From Deinococcus radiodurans R1 = ATCC 13939 = DSM 20539 (lineage in GTDB: Bacteria > Deinococcota > Deinococci > Deinococcales > Deinococcaceae), in NCBI RefSeq assembly GCF_000008565.1, contig NC_001263.1, positions 429,623 through 461,622 of the forward strand: 32,000 nucleotides of DNA, given 5' to 3'. A model generated the notes under the pieces. The model did no database searches, was not told where the DNA came from, and worked only from the letters and a program-made list of their open reading frames with translations. Position 1 is the first letter of the stretch, and the number at the start of each line of letters is the position of its first letter. A program made the translations under genes and the position numbers. Positions 1-9,763 of this stretch are shown here, piece after piece.

Positions 1-198
1 CGCTCGCTGGCGAAAAAGGACGTGCAGGCGTACCTCAAAGACCGGGGCGTGACCCTGATCGGCGGCGGTATCGACGAGGCGCCCCAGGCCTACAAGCGCA
101 TCGAGGACGTGATCGCCCGCCAGCGCGACCTCGTGGACGTGCTCGGCGAGTTCCGCCCCCGCGTGGTGCGGATGGACACCGGCAGCGAGGACGTGTAG
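1..198 (+). CDS. rtcB: RNA ligase RtcB, C-terminal fragment (5' end outside window)
   Basis: Frame 1 is open from base 1 to TAG at 196-198. The tail GGGIDEAPQAYKRIEDVIARQRDLVDVLGEFRPRVVRMD resembles the conserved RtcB C-terminus (EAPxAYK...) as I recall it. Confidence 0.65.
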   Translation, partial: RSLAKKDVQAYLKDRGVTLIGGGIDEAPQAYKRIEDVIARQRDLVDVLGEFRPRVVRMDTGSEDV

Positions 199-250
199 GG
201 CAGAGGAAGAAGGGAGGGACGGCTTGCGGGCTGTTCCGCCCTTTTCATTT

Positions 251-970
251 TTATTCGGGACGACGGAACAAAGCCGCTTGCAGGAAGTCCATTTGAAAGA
301 CAGGTTCGGACGCCGGTTCCAGCTCAGAGAGGAGGCTCCCCGTCACGAAGTCCAGCCCTCCGAACATCTCCCGCAGGTCGTCCAGCGTGTAGCCCACGCC
401 GCCTTCGAGTTGGCCCTGGCGCAGCAGTTCGAGGTCACTCTTCGCGCTGCCCATCCGGCCCCAGGCGAAGGTGCAGAGGCCGAACCAGCCGCCGGGCCTG
501 AGCACCTGCCCCAGCGTATGCAGATACGACAGGCGGCGGTGGGGCGGGAGGTGATGAAAGCAGCCCGAGTCGTACACCACGTCGAAGGGGCCGCCCGGAA
601 TGGGGTCGCGCAGCACGTCGCCTTCGAGATACCGGATGTCCGGGCCTGGCGTCCGCTCCCGCGCCTGCCCAACCGCGTAGGGCGAGAGGTCGAGACCCGT
701 TACCGCGTAGCCCTGCCGGGCCAGCCAGCGGGCATTGCGCCCCAGGCCGCAGCCGAGGTCTAGGGCCGTCAGGCCATCGCCGGACGGAAGCAGTCCCTGC
801 CGCGTCCAGTCCACCAGACAGGCGTCGGGGAGGTCCGAGGCGAGTGGGTGTCCCGGCTGGCTGAACACCCGCTCCCAGGGATCCTGCGCCCCGCGCCGGG
901 TGAGGTCCGAGCCGTCGTCGAACAGCTCATCGAGGGCCTCAAGCAGCTCCTCCAACGTGGTGATGCGCAT
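251..970 (-). CDS. class I SAM-dependent methyltransferase
   Basis: 239-aa ORF with the motif I glycine loop LDLGCGLGRNARWLARQGYAVTGLDLS followed by an acidic/hydrophobic motif (VVYDSGCFHHL). High GC3 coding bias. Confidence 0.8.
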   Translation of the reverse strand: MRITTLEELLEALDELFDDGSDLTRRGAQDPWERVFSQPGHPLASDLPDACLVDWTRQGLLPSGDGLTALDLGCGLGRNARWLARQGYAVTGLDLSPYAVGQARERTPGPDIRYLEGDVLRDPIPGGPFDVVYDSGCFHHLPPHRRLSYLHTLGQVLRPGGWFGLCTFAWGRMGSAKSDLELLRQGQLEGGVGYTLDDLREMFGGLDFVTGSLLSELEPASEPVFQMDFLQAALFRRPE

Positions 971-975
971 GGGGC

Positions 976-981
976 AGTCTA
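976..981 (-). promoter_or_regulatory. -10 box TAGACT, 5 nt upstream of the methyltransferase ATG (leaderless-type promoter)
   Basis: The minus strand reads agaTAGACTgccccATG. No Shine-Dalgarno sequence can fit in the gap. Confidence 0.5.
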
Positions 982-1020
982 TCTGTGGCCCCTGCCGCCG
1001 TGCCGCCCGCCCGCGCGCCG

Positions 1021-1026
1021 TAGACT
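1021..1026 (+). promoter_or_regulatory. -10 box TAGACT, 6 nt upstream of the response regulator ATG (leaderless-type promoter)
   Basis: The sequence reads cgTAGACTctgcccATG (ATG at 1033). It is the same hexamer as the divergent partner gene. Confidence 0.5.
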
Positions 1027-1032
1027 CTGCCC

Positions 1033-1677
1033 ATGATCCGAGTCCTGCTTGCCGACGACCATGCCCTCTTTCGCCAGGGCCTCCGCAGCCTGCTGGAATC
1101 GGAGGGGATGCGGGTCATCGGTGAGGCCGCCAATGGGCGCGAGGCGGTGCGCTACGCCGCCGACACCCAGCCCGACGTGATTCTGATGGACATCCAGATG
1201 CCCGAGCTCGACGGGGTCAAGGCGACCCAGAGCATTCTGGAAATCAATCCGCAGGCCCGCGTCATCATGATCACCATGTACCGCCAGGACCGCTACGTGT
1301 TCGAGGCGGTCAAGGCCGGAGCGCGCGGTTACATCCTCAAGGACGCCGACGCGGGCACCCTGATCGACGCGATTACGCGGGTGGCGGCGGGCGAGGCGCT
1401 GCTCGACGCGGACATGGCACAGAACGTCCTCGACGACTTCCGAGACAAGCGCGAGGAACTGCCCAGCGAGAAACACGCCGACCTCAACGAGCGCGAGACG
1501 ATGATTCTCAAGCTGCTCGCCCAGGGCTTTTCCAACCAGGACATCGCGCTGCGGCTCGACATCTCGGAAAAGACCGTCCGCAACCGCCTCTCCGAGATTT
1601 TCACCAAGCTGCAACTCAACAACCGCACCCAGGCCGCGCTGTACGCCATCCGCGAGGGCATCGCCAACCTTGAGTAA
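1033..1677 (+). CDS. two-component response regulator, NarL/FixJ family (REC + LuxR-type HTH)
   Basis: The N-terminal receiver domain has LLADDH...[14 protein letters not shown]. The C-terminal LuxR HTH has [51 protein letters not shown]. Confidence 0.92.
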   Translation: MIRVLLADDHALFRQGLRSLLESEGMRVIGEAANGREAVRYAADTQPDVILMDIQMPELDGVKATQSILEINPQARVIMITMYRQDRYVFEAVKAGARGYILKDADAGTLIDAITRVAAGEALLDADMAQNVLDDFRDKREELPSEKHADLNERETMILKLLAQGFSNQDIALRLDISEKTVRNRLSEIFTKLQLNNRTQAALYAIREGIANLE

Positions 1678-1924
1678 GCGCCGCTCTCCCCAGCCGGTGA
1701 CCGTCCGCGCCGTGCCCGCCCAGCTCTACCGCGCCGGCTGCCTACGTGAGTGGGAAGTCGCCAGCGCCGAGCCCGACCTCGCCTACACCGAGCAGGCCTT
1801 TCCCGAGTGCCCGACCTGCCCGCACCGGGTGGAGCCGGAAGGAACGCTGCCGTTTTGCACGCTGCGCCCGGTGGGAACGGCCCATCCCTTCGCCGCCCTC
1901 GCCGGATTGCAGTTGCCCGATTGA
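1670..1924 (+). CDS. small Cys-rich hypothetical protein (possible zinc-ribbon-like)
   Basis: 84-aa ORF with a TTG start at 1670 (alternative GTG at 1697) and GC3-rich codons. It has four Cys including CPTCPH. Its stop TGA at 1922-1924 overlaps the ATG at 1924 of the next gene. Confidence 0.45.
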   Translation: MSKRRSPQPVTVRAVPAQLYRAGCLREWEVASAEPDLAYTEQAFPECPTCPHRVEPEGTLPFCTLRPVGTAHPFAALAGLQLPD

Positions 1925-2754
1925 TGCCGGATTTTCTGGCCGAGCTGCGCCGCGCCGGGTACGCGGGTGAGGTGGGGCTGCTCGTCACCGATTTTGCAGG
2001 CCGCGAATTGTACGCCCAAGCCGCCGACGCGGTATTTCCCGCTGCCAGCACCATCAAAGTGCCGCTGCTGCTGTTCGCGCTCGAACAGGCTGGGCGCGGC
2101 GACCTCGACCTGATCGAGCGGGTGACCCTGCGCGCCGAAGACCGGGTGCCGGGCGCGGGGGTGCTGCACGAGCTGGGGCTGGGGCTGGCGCTGACCTGGC
2201 AGGACGTGCTGACCTTGATGATCGTGGTGAGCGACAATACCGCGACCAACCTGCTGATCGAGCGGCTCGGTCAGGATCACTTCAACCTTTGGCTGACGGC
2301 ACGCGGCCTGAACAGCACCCGGCTGATCGGCCCGTTGCAACTCCCCCCCGAGCGCCAGAACGAGGCCCAGCGCCGGGGTGAGCGCAACCGCACGACGGCG
2401 CGGGATCAGGTGGCGCTGCTGCTGTCCCTGCTGCGCGGCGATGGGCTGACGCCCCAGATGCAACACCTCGCTCTCGACATCCTGAGCCGCCAGCACCTGC
2501 GCGACCTCATCGGGCGGGGTGTTCCCGCCGGGCCGGACGGCGAGCCGCTCTACCGGGTGGCCTCCAAATCGGGCGAACTGCGCGGCGTTCACCACGATGT
2601 CGGTCTGCTCTGGGCCCCGCGCCCGCTGGTCGTCGCTTTGCTCTCGCAGGGTGGGGAAGACCCGCGCGAGCATCCGGGCAACCGCGACGTGACCCGGCTC
2701 TCGGCGGCGCTCTGGCCGCTGCTGGCCGAGCTGGGTGAAACCGAGACGCCCTGA
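1924..2754 (+). CDS. class A beta-lactamase-fold serine hydrolase, no signal peptide
   Basis: SxxK (STIK), SDN (VSDNTATN) and KSG (SKSGEL) motifs occur in the canonical order. I chose the ATG at 1924 because the upstream part of ORF 1750..2754 is Arg-rich junk. The N-terminus [16 protein letters not shown] has no hydrophobic signal. Confidence 0.8.
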   Translation: MPDFLAELRRAGYAGEVGLLVTDFAGRELYAQAADAVFPAASTIKVPLLLFALEQAGRGDLDLIERVTLRAEDRVPGAGVLHELGLGLALTWQDVLTLMIVVSDNTATNLLIERLGQDHFNLWLTARGLNSTRLIGPLQLPPERQNEAQRRGERNRTTARDQVALLLSLLRGDGLTPQMQHLALDILSRQHLRDLIGRGVPAGPDGEPLYRVASKSGELRGVHHDVGLLWAPRPLVVALLSQGGEDPREHPGNRDVTRLSAALWPLLAELGETETP

Positions 2755-2985
2755 GAACACGGCCCAGGCAACACTTTTCTCACATTGGGGGACATTTAAC
2801 CGCGCGGTCAGGCCCAAGATGATGCTTGCCGAAGTGTCGCTGCTGTAAGCATAGAAATGCCGCTGGGAGCGCGTTTGGCGCGTGCTATGCTGGCTTTCAG
2901 ACTTCAGGCCGGAGGGAAAAAGCAGCGCAACTCAGCGGAGTCGAGCGGGCAGGAACTGAGGCCACTTCACGAGGGAGAAGGAAAA

Positions 2986-3864
2986 GTGGAAAGAAACGAT
3001 GCGGTAATGCCAGGAGTCGCCATCTTCTGCGCGGCGGTGATGTGGATCGTCCTGCTCTTCCTTTTCAATAAGGAAACGGCGCCCAAGCCTGTGGTCGTGG
3101 ACCCGGCGGTGGCCGCGAGCATCAGCAAGGACTACCCCACCATCGGCAAGCAGATTTTCACCCAGGGCGCGAGCGGCGGCCCGGCCTGTCAGGGCTGCCA
3201 CGGCGCCAATGGTGAGGGCGGCGTCGGCCCCAAGCTCGCGGGCGACGCGAAGATTCTCAAAGACCCGGTGTACGTGCACACCATCCTGGTCAACGGCAAG
3301 GGCGGGATGCCTGCTTACGGCGACAAGCTCGACGACAAGCAGCTCTACGCGGTGGCCAACTACGTCTTGCACAGCTGGGGCAACAACATCGAGGAGCCCC
3401 TGACCCCCGCCAAGGTGGCCGAGGGCCAGAGCAAGGTGGACCCGGCGGTCCTCAAAAACCGCTCGCGCTTCGTGCCTGAAGACCTCAAGCTGCCCGAAAT
3501 CTGGCTGACGACCTTCATCATCGTGCTGCTGACCTACGGGATCATCGGGCTCTACAGCCACTGGGCCGAAGGCGAAGAGCTGCGTCCCGGGATTCACAAG
3601 GTTCGCTCGACGCCGGTCGCCATGCTGGGGATGGTGCTGAGCCTCCTCTCGACCCTGCTGTTCAGCGTGCTGTTCATCCGTCAGATGAACATCGATTATG
3701 CGGGCTGGGCCGCCAAGGAGCAGGTCATGCCCGACGTGACCCACGAAGGCTTCTACGCGGCGATGATCGTGCTGAGCCTCGCGGCCTCGCTGGCGCTCTA
3801 CAAGAAGTTCTTCATGGACGGCGAAGTGCTGGTCGAAGACGCTTCGGGCGAGTTCCCCTGGTAA
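2986..3864 (+). CDS. membrane-anchored monoheme cytochrome c subunit of the bc complex with an extra C-terminal 3-TM module
   Basis: CQGCH heme-binding motif and GGMPAYG Met-ligand region. There is an N-terminal TM ([18 protein letters not shown]) plus three C-terminal TMs. The GTG at 2986 lies 9 nt after GGAG (2973-2976); ATG at 3007 is an alternative start. Confidence 0.8.
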   Translation: MERNDAVMPGVAIFCAAVMWIVLLFLFNKETAPKPVVVDPAVAASISKDYPTIGKQIFTQGASGGPACQGCHGANGEGGVGPKLAGDAKILKDPVYVHTILVNGKGGMPAYGDKLDDKQLYAVANYVLHSWGNNIEEPLTPAKVAEGQSKVDPAVLKNRSRFVPEDLKLPEIWLTTFIIVLLTYGIIGLYSHWAEGEELRPGIHKVRSTPVAMLGMVLSLLSTLLFSVLFIRQMNIDYAGWAAKEQVMPDVTHEGFYAAMIVLSLAASLALYKKFFMDGEVLVEDASGEFPW

Positions 3865-3902
3865 GCCGCACTGCGCCCCTATCCCCTGGAGAGGTTTGAT
3901 TC

Positions 3903-4559
3903 ATGACCCGTTACAAGAAAGAAGATCCAGAAATCACGCGCCGCCGCTTTATCAACACGGCGCTCGGCGCACGGCAGCCGTCGGCGGCGTCAGCTGCTCA
4001 GCACCCTGGGCGGCGCCAACCCCGTCTTCCGTCTGACCCCCGCCAAGGCGCCGCCTATGAAGGGCGACATCCTGGTGCACGCGGAAGGCCCCAACAGTGG
4101 TCAGCCCGTGACCGTGGCCGACCTCAGCGACAAGATCACCCGCGCCTGGCCCCAGGGCAAAGACCCCAAGACCGGCGACATGGTGACGCGAAACGGCGAC
4201 CCGACCAGCATCCTGGCGATCTACAAGTTCCCCAAGGGCCAGATGGAGGAGCCGACCAAACTCGACGCCACGATTGACGGCGAGATCGTGGCTTATGGCG
4301 ACCGTTGCCAGCACGCGGGCTGCAACGTGGAAGACGGCCAGAACGGCATCATGAACTGCCCCTGCCACTCGGGGCAGTACGACCCCAAGCGGGGCTGCAA
4401 GGTGGTCGGCGGTCCGCCCCCTGCGCCCCTGCCCCAGTTGCCGATCAAGCTCGACGGGGACAAGCTGGTCGCGGACGGGTTTTTCATGACCCGGCCCTAC
4501 GGCTACAACTCTGACGAAGACTGGGAAACCTACACCAAGAAAGTGGAGGAACTGCTGTC

Positions 4560-4563
<4 letters not shown>
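3903..4563 (+). pseudogene. Rieske [2Fe-2S] subunit of the cytochrome bc complex, reading frame disrupted near 3970-3995 in this sequence
   Basis: The ATG at 3903 lies 9 nt after GGAGAGG and encodes MTRYKKEDPEITRRRFINTALG, a Tat signal. The catalytic domain (CQHAGC...CPCHSGQYD) is in another frame, ORF 4057..4563. That frame is open back to 3907 but has no ATG, GTG or TTG. Confidence 0.8.
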
Positions 4564-5897
<1,334 letters not shown>

Positions 5898-5912
5898 GCC
5901 CCGCCCCTCCTG

Positions 5913-5948
5913 AGCAGCCCTGGCCTGAGCGCCGGGGCTGCTTTTTTT
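5913..5948 (+). terminator. rho-independent terminator of the bc operon
   Basis: Stem AGCAGCCC (5913-5920) pairs with GGGCTGCT (5935-5942). It is followed by a T7 run (5942-5948), 16 nt after the cytochrome b stop. Confidence 0.75.
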
Positions 5949-5965
5949 GGCCTCTTCTCGGAGCT

Positions 5966-6184
5966 TTGGAACAGGCGTACTCTGACCCGGTGGACCACTT
6001 CACCCTGGAACTCGCCCGCGAGGCAAAGCGGCTGGAACTGACCGCTGGCGGCGAGGACAACGACCCCGAGCGCCTGCTGGCATTTGCTACGTTTGTTCTG
6101 TCCGAGCTGGCGGCTCGAGGGCTCATACCTGACGAGCGCCCCGCAATCGGCTGCTGGGCAGCCCCGCGCTCGACGGGAAACTGA
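5966..6184 (+). CDS. hypothetical protein (72 aa)
   Basis: TTG-initiated ORF with moderate GC3 bias and an acidic sequence. I recognise no motif. Confidence 0.35.
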   Translation: MEQAYSDPVDHFTLELAREAKRLELTAGGEDNDPERLLAFATFVLSELAARGLIPDERPAIGCWAAPRSTGN

Positions 6185-6198
6185 ACGGTCTGGGCATC

Positions 6199-6222
6199 AA
6201 AAAACCGCCCCCGAAGGAGCGG
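6199..6222 (-). terminator. rho-independent terminator for the minus-strand gene 6247..6525
   Basis: The minus strand reads CCGCTCC-TTCG-GGGGCGG followed by T6 (the complement of A6 at 6199-6204), 25 nt after the stop. Confidence 0.6.
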
Positions 6223-6246
6223 TCAGTCAGCGGCTGAAGTTGTGGC

Positions 6247-6525
6247 TCAAGCCTGCACGTTGCCGGAACGCTTGGGCGGCGCATGCACGTCCTGGCGGCG
6301 GCTGCCGGCGGCGTACCCGACCTGGGCGCCGAGTTGCCAGGCGAGCCGGACCATAAACTGAATGGCGTCCTCGTCGCCCTGCTCGATCAGGTTTCGCAGG
6401 TGCTCGGGCAAACCGTCGGGCAAGGGCATGGCGCTGAGCTGGTCGCCGTATTCGCTGCGGAGCTGCTCGAACCACTCGGCGTAAGGGTTCGGCGCGGGTT
6501 GGCTCGAGACGGAAGGCTTCGGCAT
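6247..6525 (-). CDS. hypothetical protein (92 aa)
   Basis: ORF with good GC3 bias, its own terminator, and a TAGATT -10 box 6 nt upstream of the ATG. Confidence 0.55.
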   Translation of the reverse strand: MPKPSVSSQPAPNPYAEWFEQLRSEYGDQLSAMPLPDGLPEHLRNLIEQGDEDAIQFMVRLAWQLGAQVGYAAGSRRQDVHAPPKRSGNVQA

Positions 6526-6531
6526 GGCCTC

Positions 6532-6537
6532 AATCTA
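6532..6537 (-). promoter_or_regulatory. -10 box TAGATT, 6 nt upstream of the ATG at 6525 (leaderless-type)
   Basis: The minus strand reads gtTAGATTgaggccATG. Confidence 0.45.
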
Positions 6538-6664
6538 ACACAAGCGCACTCAAGGAATGTCAGTCAGAAAGCAGTCTGACGCGGAGATGTGACGGGTCAA
6601 GAAGCGCTCAAGCCCGGCGGAGTATTTGTGCTGTTTCGCCACCTTTTGCAGTCGCCAGCGGTGT

Positions 6665-6670
6665 TAGGCT
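6665..6670 (+). promoter_or_regulatory. -10 box TAGGCT, 6 nt upstream of the erpA-like ATG (leaderless-type)
   Basis: The sequence reads gtgtTAGGCTgcacgcATG (ATG at 6677). Confidence 0.45.
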
Positions 6671-6676
6671 GCACGC

Positions 6677-7096
6677 ATGACAGCGATTCACACTCCCGAG
6701 CGTCAGGATACGCCCCGCGTGCCGGACATCACCATCAGCGAGTTCGGGGCCAGCAAAGCCCAGACGATCCTGGCCGGCAGCGGCAAGGAAAACGCCGGGG
6801 TCCGCGTCTTTATCAAGAGCGGCGGGTGCAGCGGCTATCAGTACGGCATGGCGATTGATGACCGCGAACTTGAAGGCGACACCATTGTGGTGGACCGGGG
6901 CGTCAAGCTGCTGGTCGACCGCATGAGCATCGAACTGCTGCGCGGCAGTGAGGTGGACTTCGTGGAAAACATGATGGGCGGCGGCTTTACCGTCCACAAC
7001 CCCAACGCCACCAGTTCCTGTGGCTGCGGCCACTCCTTCCGCACCGACGGCGCCCAGTCGCCCGACGGCGAAGGCAGCGGCGGGTGCGGCGGCTGA
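6677..7096 (+). CDS. erpA: iron-sulfur cluster insertion protein, HesB/IscA/ErpA family
   Basis: The sequence has [22 protein letters not shown] and the C-terminal signature SSCGCGHSF. It is followed by a 17-aa Gly/Ser tail ending in GGCGG. Confidence 0.85.
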   Translation: MTAIHTPERQDTPRVPDITISEFGASKAQTILAGSGKENAGVRVFIKSGGCSGYQYGMAIDDRELEGDTIVVDRGVKLLVDRMSIELLRGSEVDFVENMMGGGFTVHNPNATSSCGCGHSFRTDGAQSPDGEGSGGCGG

Positions 7097-7115
7097 GTTC
7101 TCTACAGCGCACGGT

Positions 7116-7144
7116 GGGGGCCCCGGGGCAAGCCGGCGGCCCCC
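7116..7144 (+). terminator. GC-rich hairpin downstream of erpA (possible terminator without a clear U-tract)
   Basis: GGGGGCC (7116-7122) pairs with GGCCCCC (7138-7144), with inner CCGG/CCGG pairs. No clean T run follows. Confidence 0.3.
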
Positions 7145-7195
7145 GCTGTATGCTGCCGCCCATGCAAGTGAGGTGGGGGACATGAGGGTGCTGAC

Positions 7196-7735
7196 ATGAG
7201 GGTTCTGGGGATTGACCCCGGTCTGGCGAACCTGGGCCTGGGACTGGTCGAAGGGGATGTCCGGCGGGCCAAGCACCTGTACCACGTCTGCCTGACCACC
7301 GAAAGCGCGTGGCTGATGCCCCGGCGGCTGCAATACCTGCACGAGGAACTGACCCGGCTGCTCACCGAGTACCGGCCCGACGCGGTGGCGATCGAGGACC
7401 AGATTCTGCGCCGACAGGCTGACGTGGCGTTCAAAGTGGGGCAGGCGTTCGGGGTGGTGCAGCTCGCCTGTGCGCAGGCCGGGGTGCCGATTCACGCCTA
7501 CGGCCCCATGCAGGTCAAGAAGTCGCTGGTGGGCACGGGCCGCGCCGACAAGGAGCAGGTCATCTACATGGTCAAGGCGAGCCTGGGTATTCGCGAGCTG
7601 TTCAACAACCACGCCGCCGACGCGCTGGCTCTGGCGCTGACCCACCTCGCGCACGCGCCCATGCAGGAGCGCAGCGAGCGGCTGGCGGCGGCGGGCAGGG
7701 CTGCGCGCACAGGAGACGCCCCGCTGCGGCGCTGA
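7196..7735 (+). CDS. ruvC: crossover junction endodeoxyribonuclease RuvC
   Basis: MRVLGIDPGLANLGLGLVE... is the typical RuvC N-terminus with the catalytic Asp. The protein also has AIEDQI and NHAADALALALTH motifs. Confidence 0.93.
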   Translation: MRVLGIDPGLANLGLGLVEGDVRRAKHLYHVCLTTESAWLMPRRLQYLHEELTRLLTEYRPDAVAIEDQILRRQADVAFKVGQAFGVVQLACAQAGVPIHAYGPMQVKKSLVGTGRADKEQVIYMVKASLGIRELFNNHAADALALALTHLAHAPMQERSERLAAAGRAARTGDAPLRR

Positions 7736-7745
7736 GGCCCAGACC

Positions 7746-8455
7746 ATGCTGCTGTCGCTGCTGGGGTCCATTGTCATCACGCTGGGGTGGCTGTGGTTCT
7801 TCGTGCGGCGTGACCGTCACCCCGAGCCGCTGTGGCTGCTTGCCCGGACGTTCGCCTGGGGCATGTTCGCGTGGTTCGTGGCGGCGTCGTTCGAAGCGAG
7901 TCTAGGAAGAATGTTGAGCAGTTCGGCGCCGCTGACGCTGTTGCTGGTCGCTCTGCTGACCGCCGTCATCGAGGAAGTCAGCAAGTTTCTCGCCACGTCC
8001 ACAGCCGCCGACGAGCCGTCCTTCGATGAACCGATGGACGGGCTGGTCTACGCGGTGACGGCGGCGCTCGGCTTCGCGCTGGTCGAGAATCTGACCTACG
8101 CCCTGACCTTCGGCGCGGGCACCGCCACCGGGCACGCCCTGCTCGCCACGCTGGGGCACGCGCTGTTCAGCGCTCCGCAGGCTACGCGCTCGGGGGGCAC
8201 TGGACGCGCATCGGGCGCTGGTGGCGGCGGCGAGGGCTGGCGCTGAGCATCGCCCTGCACTTCGTCTTTAACGGCGTGCTGACGGGCAGCGCGGGCTGGC
8301 CGCTGCTGATTGCGCTGGCGAGCGTGGTCGTCTTGATGACCCTGCTGGCGGGGCGCTACTACCTCAACTACGAGGAGCAGGCGCGGACGCTGGAGCAGGG
8401 TGAGGCGCCGCCGCGCTCGTTTCCACGCTGGCCGGGGAGGACAGGGGAGCGGTAA
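7746..8455 (+). pseudogene. PrsW-family intramembrane glutamic/metalloprotease, frame disrupted near 8175 in this sequence
   Basis: ORF 7746..8246 carries the EEVSKF and DGLVYAVTAALGFALVEN motifs and GHALFSA. The expected continuation (AGYALGGHW...LSIALHFVFNG plus a final TM) runs in the -1 frame to TAA at 8453-8455, with no start codon of its own. Confidence 0.7.
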
Positions 8456-8470
8456 CCCCCGGCTCAACCC

Positions 8471-9550
<1,080 letters not shown>

Positions 9551-9556
9551 GCCCCA

Positions 9557-9562
9557 AGCTTA
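9557..9562 (-). promoter_or_regulatory. -10 box TAAGCT, 6 nt upstream of the pilT ATG (leaderless-type)
   Basis: The minus strand reads ccTAAGCTtggggcATG. Confidence 0.4.
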
Positions 9563-9729
9563 GGCGCCCGCCTCTTACAGCTTTGGCTCACCTCCGGGCG
9601 TTGAAAAAGGCGACCTGCCATTGACCCTCATACGGCTTTCATCCGATTCCCGAACATCCGGAAAGGCGCCGGATGCCCGTCCAACTCCTTAAAACCGTAT
9701 TTTTTCCATGCGCTCCGCGCAAAATTGCG

Positions 9730-9745
9730 CCCGGACATGTCCGGG
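9730..9745 (-). terminator. perfect 16-nt palindrome downstream of the nucleoside phosphorylase gene (candidate terminator)
   Basis: CCCGGACATGTCCGGG lies 19 nt after the stop. On the minus strand it is followed by GCGCAATTTT. Confidence 0.4.
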
Positions 9746-9763
9746 ACTCAATTTAAAACCGTA

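Noticed and set aside
2857-2985. Upstream extension of the cytochrome c ORF ([20 protein letters not shown]...)
   Set aside because: The extension is basic, non-membrane sequence with poor codon bias. A GGAG-type SD sits in front of GTG 2986, and the TM anchor begins right after that start.
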